From Gekko japonicus (Eukaryota): DNA of 64,000 nucleotides. A model generated the notes under the pieces. That model did not search any database, was not told the origin of the DNA, and saw only the letters and a list, made by a program, of their open reading frames with translations. Made by a program: the position numbers and the translations under genes. Where the stretch lies: assembly GCF_001447785.1 (NCBI RefSeq), contig NW_015164190.1, forward strand, positions 640,877-704,876, in the 5' to 3' direction. How positions within the stretch are numbered: position 1 is the first letter of the stretch; the number at the start of each line of letters is the position of its first letter. Of the stretch, positions 24,880-35,154 are shown one piece after another.

Positions 24880-25530
24880 ATACCATCAAGCCTCATGAAG
24901 CCAAGATAACCAGTATCAGGGATTGGCCCTGACCTGTTACCAAGAAAAATGTGCAGGCCTTCTTAGGCCTCACAGGTTTCTATTGGTGTTTCATTGCCCA
25001 TTTCACTCAACCTGCTTCACCTTTCTTAGATCTGTGCAAAAAGAAGGCGCCCACGAGTGTTTTCTGGAAACCTGAGCGTCGACATGCCTTTGAAATTTTG
25101 AAACAGAGACTGTCTCAAGCACCTATCTTGGTTCCAACAGATTATGACAAGCCCTTTGTGGCCCAAACCGATGCTTCTTCCAGAGGCCTTGGTGCAGTTT
25201 TGTTGCAGAGGGGGGAATGGATGTTGAACTTCACCCTATTGTTTATTTGAGCAGGAAATTGGTGCCATGAGAACTGGCTTACGCTACAGTAGAGAAAGAA
25301 TGTCTGGGGATTGTGTGGGCCCTCAACAAGCTGAAACCTACTCTGTGTGGCATCAACTTTTCTAGGAAACTGATCATAACCCTTTGTCTTTCATCCATAG
25401 AATGAAAGGAAATAACACTTGAGTGTTGAGGTGGGCCTTAAGCCTGCAAGATTTCAGCGTTGAGATTACTGACACTAAAGGTAGCCAGAATGTGGTAGTA
25501 GACAGCCTGTCACGTATGGGGAGTAAGTAA
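24880..25530 (+). mobile_element. Gypsy LTR retrotransposon pol relic (RT thumb and RNase H)
   Basis: VQAFLGLTGFY, QTDASSRGLGAVLLQ, YATVEKECLGIVWAL, TDHNPL, KGSQNVVVDSLSR*; frameshifted. Confidence 0.85.
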
Positions 25531-25659
25531 ATCTCAGAAGGAGGTCACTTCAGTAGTTCCTGCTTCAGTTTCTGCTTTGCTCATTGTATTCATACTACTA
25601 AAATACCATTAATCTACCTTGCTTCATAGGAATGTAAATGTAGATGTACCTAGTTGTGG

Positions 25660-25966
25660 TAGGGTTGCCAAATCCAAATTGTCTGGGAGCGGGGGGCTCC
25701 CGGACGGCATCCTCTTCGTGCACGTGCGCACGTCGCGTGTGCGTCACCCGGAAGTGACGTCACACGCTGGGGGCGGGGCCACACCATTTGAGGGAAAAAC
25801 GAAGTTTTCCCCTCAAATGGCGTGGCTCCGCCCCCAGCGTGCAACGTCACTTCTGGGTGACGCACATGGGGGTGGGGTTTCCCCCGGGCCCCGATTCCAT
25901 GGGAGTGGGAATCGGGGCTCGAAACCGGGGGGAATTCCGCCCCCCGGGGGGGGGTTGGGAACCCTA
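25660..25966. mobile_element. Young hAT-type MITE with perfect 8-bp TSD
   Basis: TIRs TAGGGTTGCCAA / TTGGGAACCCTA; TSD AGTTGTGG at 25652-25659 and 25967-25974; internal palindrome 25738-25866. Confidence 0.9.
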
Positions 25967-26013
25967 AGTTGTGGTGAGCTTCAACCATGATAATACCATG
26001 GATTTCAGCTTCC

Positions 26014-26340
26014 AGAAAAGGGGGGGCATGAGGCAATTTCCCTCAAAGGTTAATGTGATTATTTGAGGGCCTAGTCCGGCTTGCAGGTGTTCATGATTTG
26101 GGCTTTCCTGCATATACCATTCTTATCTCTTCCAAGACCAGACTTAAGAATGCGGTAATTGGTTAATCGTGAAAACCTGTACTCAGTTGTTTAACCAGAT
26201 GGGAGGGGAGAATTAGGAGCAGATGTTAACATCTTCTAGAAAGTTTCATCAAGAGAGATTCTTGATCGGATCCAAGAGACCACCTGGTGCCAGTGGGCCA
26301 AAAGCTATAATAAGGGTATAAGCCAAAGGGAAACCATGCT
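26014..26340 (+). mobile_element. Polypurine tract and probable start of the 3' LTR of the Gypsy relic
   Basis: AGAAAAGGGGGGG at 26014-26026 followed by TG at 26029. Confidence 0.5.
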
Positions 26341-26349
26341 AACTTCTAG

Positions 26350-26471
26350 CGTCCTGGCCCCACTGATGGACCTCCTGATGGTATCTGGTATTTTTGGCCA
26401 CTGTGTGACAGAGTGTTGGACTGGATGGGCCATTAGCCTGATCCAACATTGGCTTCTCTTATGTTCTTATG
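26350..26471 (+). mobile_element. CR1 LINE 3' end
   Basis: ggccactgtgtgacagagtgttggactggatgggcc..gatccaaca..(ttcttatg)n tail. Confidence 0.75.
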
Positions 26472-26924
26472 CTTATGCCATGCTAGTATGTTTTGATATG
26501 TTATGCTTCATCATGAGGGACTGCAGTGTATAGAATGCTGTTAGGCTATTCCTTGGATTTTATGCTGCAAGAAGATTTGCCATCTAGTACCAGGTATTCA
26601 GTGTATTCGATAGAACAGTTCACTTTTTTATTTTATCTGTTGCTAAGCTATAGAGATTGTACTGCATAGTGAAACTTTTAAAAAATCCTTTAATAAACCT
26701 TTATATATTTTAAAGGTATGTTTTATTGGGGCTGGGTACTGCTTGAGGGACGAGGAACAATAACAACCCAGTGGGACCCAGGCTTGAGTTCTGGACAGAG
26801 AGCATCTTGCATTAGGAGAAGGCACCATCAACTGGTGGAAATGCACAGGCACTGACTGAACAAAATGATATCATAGAACCAATTATGCCAATGTATGCTG
26901 TGGCAAAAAGTAGCAGAGAAAGAC

Positions 26925-27095
26925 TCATAAGAACATAAGAGCCCTGCTGGATCAGACTAGTGGTCCATATAGTCCAGTATCCTGTCTCATGCAGTGGGCA
27001 ACCAGTTCCTTTGGAGGTCCAACAACGGGGCATAGAGGCTGAGGCTTTCCCCTGAAGTGGCCTCCTGGCACTGGCATTCAGAGGTTTACTGTCTC
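26925..27095 (-). mobile_element. CR1 LINE 3' end
   Basis: cataagaacataagagccctgctggatcagac..tccatatagtccag. Confidence 0.7.
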
Positions 27096-27303
27096 TGTTA
27101 GGAAACAATCCCAAGCGAAAGTTCTTAGAAAGCTGGAGTATTCTGAATAAGGCTTCTCTAGAGTTCCTTACAGTTATCCTGTGGGACATTCTCTGCATCC
27201 TGAAGCTAACGCTATACTTCAGTGCTGAAGTGTATGTGAAACAAAAGACAGCATTCACATTTGTAAAGATGAGCAAAGACTCTAAGCACAGAATTTCAGA
27301 AGA

Positions 27304-27309
27304 TTTATT
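27304..27309 (-). terminator. Candidate SELENOP2 poly(A) signal AATAAA
   Basis: First minus-strand AATAAA noticed downstream of the SECIS. Confidence 0.45.
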
Positions 27310-27628
27310 TCTGCTAGGATATTTTTTACCACTTTTTTTCCATTTCAGCACTCAGTAAATCACCACTTTTACCCAGGCCTGCCCTCAACTCTTTCTACTG
27401 GGCTATGTGCATCGTCTATAGAAATAAATACTTTACCCCCCATACTGCCTAAACTTGGCTAATTCCATGTCACCAACTTCAATCTATGTGTGGATCTCAG
27501 TGTACAAAGCTTTGAGCTCCAGGCACAAAGCCAGCTTTGCTCTTATTTCATTCTTTCATATGCTAACAGTTAGTCATCCACTTGCCAATACTGGTTTCTG
27601 ATCCTGTCCATCTAGTTCCTTTGACATA

Positions 27629-27704
27629 CTTTTCTATACAGTGTCAGCCTGCAGTGACTGGAGTACTCTAGTTTACACTGCATACTTCATTGAGTGCAGA
27701 AAAG
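27629..27704 (-). promoter_or_regulatory. SECIS element (type II-like) in the SELENOP2 3'UTR
   Basis: Minus RNA: CUUUUCUGCAC-UCA-AUGAA-GUAUGCAGUG-U-AAA-CUAGAGUACUCCAG-U-CACUGCAGGC-UGAC-ACU-GUAUAGAAAAG; helix I, AUGA/GA core, 10-bp helix II and apical AAA. Confidence 0.9.
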
Positions 27705-28313
27705 CAGGAAATGTGAAAGGGAACCAAGCCTGGCTTCCCAGCAGGCAGAAACCATGACACTTCTGTGACCTGAATAAGGCAAGATGGTCACTGTCACCAC
27801 AGGCAAAGTGGAGAATAAAAATTGCTTGATATTTGTGCTCCAGAACAATAACACTGTTGGCTTTGTAAAACACAGTTTTTTATATAAAGCTACATCCATA
27901 CATCATTGGATATTGTATGCTGATTGCACTGTCCATAAAGGAAAATCCAGTTGTGAATTATTGCTATAGCACAGCAATAGCACAATATCCAGTGATATGT
28001 GCCTGAAGCCCAAGTGTAATCAGAGACCAGTTCAAAATGAGAAGTCAGATTGCATCAAGTACATGCAGTTAGACTTATGGTGGTGCATGCCACATAACAA
28101 AAAGCCATGTTATAAGAAGAGTCTTAAGAGCTTGTGTTGATTTAGGAAGGGAATAGAAAATTCAGTATCCTTGCTGCTCTGAATACTGAATGATCACGAT
28201 GCTTTCTTCTGAAACAAGTAGGTTTGACCCACGGTTTAAAAAAATAGGCCCCCCCCATTTAAACTGAAGCTATCTGCCTCACAGTTATATCTTGCCAACA
28301 CAAAAGCAAATTT

Positions 28314-28565
28314 TTAAGATTCTGCTTCCTGCTGCTTCTGCAGCTGGCTCTGAGACTGGGGAACTGACTGGTGTGTACTGGCCAGATCCAAGGCCCTGTG
28401 GCTGCTGCTCACTGAAGGATGAGAAAAGTGATGGGCTGTGTGCTCTGTAGAGTTGGGTGCCTCTTTGCTCTTCCCATTATGCCTGTGACTGGAAACTTCC
28501 TGGTTCTTTTCACTGTGTCTGGAAGCCTCAGTCGTCATCATACTAGTCTCTGCTGTGCTACTTAT
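28314..28565 (-). CDS. SELENOP2: Selenoprotein P2 last coding exon (Ser/His/Gln-rich tail)
   Basis: ttttcacag acceptor in phase 0; ISSTAETS...HTAHHFSHPS...QQEAES* (TAA). Confidence 0.8.
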   Translation of the reverse strand: MSSTAETSMMTTEASRHSEKNQEVSSHRHNGKSKEAPNSTEHTAHHFSHPSVSSSHRALDLASTHQSVPQSQSQLQKQQEAES

Positions 28566-29050
28566 CTGTGAAAACAACATCAAGTTCTGGTTCATTATAC
28601 CAATGGACTTAAGGTGAAAATAGATATCTGGCAGTTTGATGCAAGGGGTCTGAATAGGCATTATCTGCATCTTTTGTTTTTAGGGCAGAAAATTCATGTC
28701 CATTTAAAATGTGACATCTGTCTGTGTAACATGAGTCTAAATGATAATTTCAGATGGTTCAGATGCTTTGCAGTATCCCAGCATCATTTTTAGCTTGCTG
28801 GAACAGAGGCTGGGAAAGAGGCATCATATTGTTCCAATTTTCTTCACAGTAAACTAGCACAGAGACCCATGGAACAAGGATATGCAGTCCTCCTTCTACC
28901 CTCTGCACCTCACTGTAAGGGGAATGCAAGAAGAAATCTTACATAAATCCTGTCAGAGGATCAGGCTGGACCAATGTCCAGAGAATGAAGAAGCTTCATC
29001 AAATGAGCAAGTGTCTGGCTTGAAGAGGGAGCAAGAGCTCAAATTCCTAC

Positions 29051-29189
29051 CTCTTGGTTGCTATTAGAATGGTACCAGGAACAATTGCCACAGTAGTCCT
29101 TGTGGTACGTGTGGTGTACAGCAGCTTCAACATAAGGGAAGTGCAGGAAACTGTATGGCAGCTGGATGTGGAAAGTCAGCTTGCTGCAC
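29051..29189 (-). CDS. SELENOP2: Selenoprotein P2 coding exon 3
   Basis: CSKLTFHIQLPYSFLHFPYVEAAVHHTYHKDYCGNCSWYHSNSNQE; tttatag / gtagga. Confidence 0.93.
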
Positions 29190-30586
29190 CTATAAAGTCC
29201 AGGAGTAATGGAGGGGAGAAAATACAGAATTGGTGTCAGGATCCATTCATACCAGGAATGACTCTGGTCTGGTCTAAATTGGCCTTCTGTTTTCTATAAA
29301 GTCAGAAAAGAATAAGAAAAAAATTGCCTAGTAAAGACAGTGAGTTGGTTGGAGAGTTCCAAAATAACATAAGGAGCACATTCATCTTTTGGCCCCTCAG
29401 TTCAAAAGCTAAAGTATTCAAGTTTAATTATGCTGCTTCACTTCCCAGTGTTCAAGCTGCCCCAGTGTGTGCTGCATAATATAACGCAGACACACCATCT
29501 CCACATTTTTTCCTAGATAGCTCCACAAACAGCCAAAGTTCAAGGCCCTCTGGTGCACATGATGTCTGGAAAAGAAAGCAACAACAAGCAGCTTTACACA
29601 ATTCTCAAGCCCTTGGGAGAGGTTAGGCAGGATGCTAATAAGCTATGGAGTCCAACAGAGGAAGAAAATGGCAAGGTACAGGCTGGCCATCCCCGAGTCT
29701 GTCGAGCCATCTTTACATTCATGTAGATGGAAGAGCACCTACTGAGTTAGGCTACACGCATCCATCATGAATAAAGACAAATAAGGCAGTTTGGAGACAT
29801 TGCTGGACATAAGACAGTTTGAAGGCATTATTGGCTGGGAAGTTCATGTTGCTGTGCCTCTTTGGCAGTTCGTGTTGATGTGCAGTCCTGATGAAGGGAT
29901 TGAAAATTTATTGACTAATCTGGAGGATGAGTTGACTGCAGCTTATTTCTTATTGTTTGTCTCAAATCCTAAGTAAGAAGTGGATGTACTTGCTTTATGG
30001 ACATTTGAAGATCATGTTTTTCAGTCCATTGGAATTGGAATTTGTGAAGTCTTTCTTTAGGGAGTGTTAAAAAGTTAGATATTACTTTAAATCCCCAGCC
30101 TATCTATGGTATTTCTTGTATTTCATGCATTGAATGCTATTGTATATTTGAAAAATATTTGAAGCTTTATTTGATGTTAAGTCATACAAGATTTATATTT
30201 ATTCATCTATTTCCTTAAATTATTGTTAGGATACAGACCAGAGATTTAGACTGGTACTTTAGATCCTATATTGAGGAATTTGGGGTTCCAATCCCCACCA
30301 TGTACTACAATTCTCATAGCTCACTCCCTTCTCTGTCTGCATGCTGCGTTAGTTGCTTTTCACATAGAAGCAAGTACAGGTTTAAGCAATTCCTTGGAGA
30401 CCCATCTTGTCTTGATGAGTTATAGGAGTTTGTAACCCTGCAAACTGCCTTGCATATTACCTCGATGGTTCACAGCCCTTTAAGATATCCAGAGCTTGGT
30501 CTCTTCTAAGGAGAGATGCATAAAAATTGTCCCTTCTCCATGCCCTTGCTATAAAGACAGCAGGAGAAATGTGTTTAAGCACTGAC

Positions 30587-30799
30587 CTGTCATAGATCAG
30601 GAAGTCATCCTTGTCCCCATGTAGAATTTGCCAGACGTCAGGTTCCAAGATCTCCTGCTGGTAAACAGGAATTCCCTCTGGAGCATGCCGCTTGAGCTCC
30701 CAATACATTGCCCGGGAAAAAGGAGTCTTCTCATTCACAATCATGAAGCTTATATTGACCATCCCTTTATGGGACAGCTTCTTCTGCAAGCTGCCAAGG
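30587..30799 (-). CDS. SELENOP2: Selenoprotein P2 coding exon 2
   Basis: LGSLQKKLSHKGMVNISFMIVNEK...IPVYQQ...DVWQILHGDKDDFLIYDR; ttaccag / gtcagt. Confidence 0.95.
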
Positions 30800-31413
30800 C
30801 TGGTAATAGGAAGCAGCAAGAAAATTTAGGAAATGATGGAGAGAAACTCACCCCTCCCTCTGCATACACTCAAGACAGGCAGGCTCACAAGCTCAACTAT
30901 CTGGCAAAAGCCAGAGGTCTTACCCTCATTTTAAACCCACTGAGTTGGCATTTATAGCGTCCAGTTCTGCACAGCTCTAGTTGCATGCAATATTAGAATA
31001 TGTGTAAATTCTAATTCAGGAGCAAAATTACATCCATCTTGTGTATGTGTATTGTATCTGGCCAACTGTAGCTAATGTTTGTTTGCAACCTCAGATCTGG
31101 AGTTCACTAGAGGGGGACCTGGCAACTCCAGCCAGGGATAGAAGTAAATGTAGCTCTTTTGCTTGATGGAAATTGTGAATGTGGCTCTCCACAAGCCATG
31201 GAGTGAGTACCACTGTCTTAGAATGTCTCAAAAGGGCTATGGAGGACTGATTCAATTCAGTATTTTACGGCAGACAGTCTAGTCCTTCCTGATCCAAATT
31301 AATGATTCTAGGTTCACCATGATGTTAGTGAATTCTGACACATATGTGATACTACGTCTTGCGCCTATTGACAGCCCCAGGGACAGGTGGTCTTCTCCAT
31401 GTAGTGAACTCAC

Positions 31414-31628
31414 CTGGCAGCTTGCTTGAGACAGAACTGTCAGCTTGCTTTTAACAGGGCCACTACTGTCACTTGGCCCTCCACCCCATCCATTGGGACT
31501 GTCCCATTGATCTTCCAGAGTGGTGCAGGCTGGCATATTTGGCTCCTGTTCTCAGCCACATCTGCCAGTGTGGCAGTAATCACCAATCCCACCAGGAAGG
31601 TTGTTGTGGCTAGGGCAGGACAGCCCAT
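31414..31628 (-). CDS. SELENOP2: Selenoprotein P2 coding exon 1 with Sec codon (TGA 31440-31442)
   Basis: MGCPALATTTFLVGLVITATLA..CQPAPLWKING..GQVTVVALLKAS-U-QFCLKQAA; exon starts at 31648 after tcctag; donor gtgagt. Confidence 0.94.
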
Positions 31629-33794
31629 CTTTTCCACTTCCCTTCAGCCTAGGATAAATACGGTACAATTAAGAATACAAGCTCCCTTTCCAGGTCAGAC
31701 TCAGGTTGCAATCCTCAACAGATTAACTTCTGAGTAAACTCAGTTGAGCTTAATTTGTGAAGATCCATATTTTCTGGTATCTTGTTTCTGAACATGGTCA
31801 ATGAACAATGGATGCTGAAGGTACATTCACATGGCAGCTACCAAGGCTTGAGCCCCTTTGTGTCATGTTCAGGGCTGCTCAGGGTTCAGTTATACTGGAG
31901 ATCTATAGGTACCTTTGTCTTCCCTCAGATATGAGCTCCAGCTCCTGGAGGACAGCATTTGCATCAGAAAGAAGGTTCAAGGGAATACATTAACTCTCTT
32001 GATCCATAGCAGCCCTGTTGCAAATTGCCCCCTCAGGGATCTCCTGAACCCATGCGTAAATGGATCCTGAGTCAACATTCCCCTGCGCTCTTCCTTTCTA
32101 GCAGCATATTCCAGTTCAGCAAATTCAGTATCCTCAACATGCACAACTTCTGAGATGCTGCAATCAAATTGTTTTTCAGCACTGTTCATAGCACTAACAG
32201 ATATGCAATGGGGGTCAGTTTTCCTGACATTTTTGTTTTAAATTACTTGCAGGTGGAGAAGGCACCAATTTTAATTGTGTTTAATTGGATTTTTATTTAA
32301 TTTAATTTAGTTCAATTTAATTTAACTTTGTGGGAGCAAGTGTTTAATCAGGGTCATTATTAGAGTAGGGGCAGTAGGTGTACTGAGCTTGGAACTTTTT
32401 CAGCCCACCTAAGAATTTGTCAAGAAAATGTTGTTTCTTCCCTTTTCTCTTCTTTCAGTTCAAATTTGCTACCTTCAGTTGTACATGCTGTGCCATGCAC
32501 ACAATGCAGAAAATACTCCTACAGTTTAAAGAATGAGATCTTCTTTGTAGGCTAGAAAATTATCTTGTTTTTAAAAAAATGACAACTAACAAGAGATAGT
32601 GGCTCCATATTTGTAGTTCCCCAAATTCCACCCTCTTCGAATTTTTTTGTTCACCAAAGATCCACCATGGTTGGTTTTTTAAAAATACAGTCTCCTATGC
32701 TATGATCTTGAAAATAATCCCTCTTTAGTGAGTATGGCAGGTTGCTCAGAGGTGGGTGATTCTAAAAGCTTCAAGGGGGTAATGGGTAACTAAGAAAGTT
32801 AGGAACATGTTCATTATACGGGAAGTTTTCTGAATTAAAAAAACCCCAAGCAAATGAATTTCTGATAGTAACAATTCACAGACAGTAAAATACACAAAAG
32901 TCCTGGGCTTGGTGTTGGTGGTGTCATGGTCATGAACATTTCCATTAGTTGTAATACTGATTTTGCAATAATTTCCTTGAAACTCCACTAACAAATGTGG
33001 CAGCCACATCTAGTGAAGAAGACTGCTTACAACTGTGTGTTTAACTCTTTCATCCAAGGAAGCTGCTATTAGCTCTGCAGAGGGGAAAAATACAACCATA
33101 ATAAAAGTCCCTGTGATCCCCCCCCCCCCCCCCGCAGGAAAAAAAACTTCAGGGTATGTGTGTGTGACAGATTTAGACTGGTAAAACTGCACTGGTTAGA
33201 AAAATGTCCTGTCCCTTTACCAGAGGCCTAATGTGTGGAAATAGGCAGCTGAAGCTCTTCATGGCATCCTATTGTCAAAGAATTAGGGCATTTCCCCCCT
33301 CCAGTCAGATGCAACCTGAGTGGTGAAAGAATTAAACTCCCCATGCACTTACTCGTTTCAAACCCATCTTAACCGCCTTAAAATGTAAAAATGTATTGGG
33401 AGATCTTATCCTGTATGTCCCATATGTGTCCAATCTGTTTCAGCCTAGTCTAAGATCACTAGATCTCAGAGGCAGCGTATGGGAACATACTGCATAAAAT
33501 CTCCCTAAGCCCCAAGTAATGTTAATAATATAGAAAGCCCCTTCCTCATGCCTGTAGAAAGTTGACGAAAATGACAGAGATTCTTATTCTGTTACTGAAC
33601 TGCCCTGTCCACACCAGCCTTGGAGGGGAGGAATCCTAAGTCGATCTACTCAGAAGTAGATTCCATTTTATTCAACTGGGCTTTCTCTCAAAGTTCTTAG
33701 GACTAGCCATAGACATTGTCAAGCCTAACATAAAGCCCCTTTTCAAACTGCCTTTGTATTCCATTTTAATAACGTTGCTAATGGATTTTTAAGT

Positions 33795-34262
33795 TATTTA
33801 TATTTATTTATTTATACATTAGATTTATGAATAACCCAATCCAATTACTCAGGGCTCTGGGCGATGAACGACAAAACACTATAACATCAAACAATGAAAC
33901 ACAATAACAAGCCGGTTTAGATTAAAACAATTCTCAGATGGCATTAACATAAACTGACTGATGGGTCAGTTTTCAGACTGCGTACCACCCTGCAGGAAGG
34001 GGGGGGGTATTAGAATAGGTGGGAAAGGAATTGGGAAAAGGATAGGGAGTGCCAGCCAGGATGGTGCCCGTTGCTGTCCTCAGCCAAAAGCCTGGCAGAA
34101 CATCTCTGGCTTGCAGGCCCTGTGAAATTGCATCAAGTCCTGCAGGGCCCAAGTGTCACTTGGCAGAGTGTTCCACCAGGAACGAGCCAGGGCCATAAAA
34201 GCCTTGGCTCTGGTTGATGACAGCTGGATGTCTTTTGGGCCAGGGATCACCAGATGCATTTT
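33795..34262 (-). mobile_element. L2-clade LINE 3' fragment
   Basis: (TTTA)n tail; reverse strand resembles RAFMALA..WNTLP..RAL.DL..F.RACK. Confidence 0.6.
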
Positions 34263-34336
34263 AGTAACTGGCTGTTAGCAGAATTTATTTACCTGTTTAT
34301 ACCAAACCACTTGTATTGGGTTAGTAAAGCGTGGTT

Positions 34337-34765
34337 AAGAACATAAGAGACGCCAATGTTGGATCAGGCCAAAGGCCCATCCAGTCCAACACTCTGTGTC
34401 ACACAGTGGCCATAAATACCAGGTGCCATCAGGAGGTCCACCAGTGGGGCCAGGACACTAGAAGCCCTCCCACTGTTGACCCCCCCCAAGCACCAAGAAG
34501 ACAGAGCATCACTTGCCCCAGAGCCCCTATCTATACCTTGTGGCTAGTAGCCACTGATGGACCTCTGCTCCATATGCTTATCTAATTCCCTTTTGAAGCC
34601 GTCCATGCTTGTAGCCACCACCACTTCCTGTGGCAGTGAATTCCATGGGTTAATCACTCTTTGGGTGAAGAAGTACTTCCTTTTATCTGTTCTAACCCGA
34701 CCGCTCAGCAATTTCATGGAGTGCCCACGAGTTCTTGTATTGTGAGAAAGGGAGAAAAGTACCTC
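34337..34765 (-). mobile_element. CR1 LINE 3' fragment
   Basis: aagaacataagaga..gttggatcaggcc..catccagtccaacactctgtgtcac; ggcagtgaattccatgggttaat..gtgaagaagtacttcc. Confidence 0.8.
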
Positions 34766-34873
34766 TTTTGAGCCACTTTAGAGGGAAACTGCTTTTCCCC
34801 ATTTTTCAACTCCTTCACTGCACTTCTGAATCGCTGTGGTGTGCTGTTAAAATGTCCATAGCACTTCCTACAA

Positions 34874-35154
34874 TGCTGCTTTTTCCCTGCCTTTTTTGCC
34901 GCACAGTCTTCCACAGACCTTTTGAATGTTCTAAGTTCAGCGCTATAGTGCTAAACCAATATAGCACTTCAGTGCTATAGTGACACCATTGAGATGCCTT
35001 GACTCTATTGACTCAAAAGAGTCAAGGCATCTCAATGGTGCCACTACAGCACTGAAGTGCTATATTGACTTAGTGCTATAGTGCTTAACTTAGAACATTA
35101 TTTTAAAAAAACCCAAAAACACTGTGGAAGATCGCACGGGGGGGAAAAGCAGCA
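34874..35154. repeat. Long foldback palindrome (MITE-like)
   Basis: Core 34925-35099 with arms of about 85 bp; looser pairing extends outward. Confidence 0.8.

Larger units (their letters stand above)
28314..31628 (-). other. SELENOP2: SELENOP2 (SelPb, selenoprotein P paralogue) coding span: 4 exons, 819 nt, 272 aa, Sec63
   Basis: Exons of 215+213+139+252 nt in consistent phase; signal peptide, SelP_N motifs VVALLKASUQFC, GDKDDFLIYDRC, LPYSFLHFPYVE, CGNCS; His-rich tail, single Sec, single SECIS. Confidence 0.92.

Noticed and set aside
16200-27000. MMACHC exons expected from human synteny
   Set aside because: None recognised by eye; the interval is mostly transposon relics. tBLASTn would be needed to exclude them formally
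27902-27996. Second SECIS as in SELENOP1
   Set aside because: No AUGA/GA quartet or correctly spaced AAA; kept only as a generic hairpin
31440-31442. Premature stop suggesting a SELENOP pseudogene
   Set aside because: The TGA sits at the Sec position of the UxxC motif, the downstream exons are intact and a SECIS is present
31629-31637. ORF-track start MEK before MGCP
   Set aside because: It is a GTG; the first ATG is at 31628 and is followed by a signal peptide
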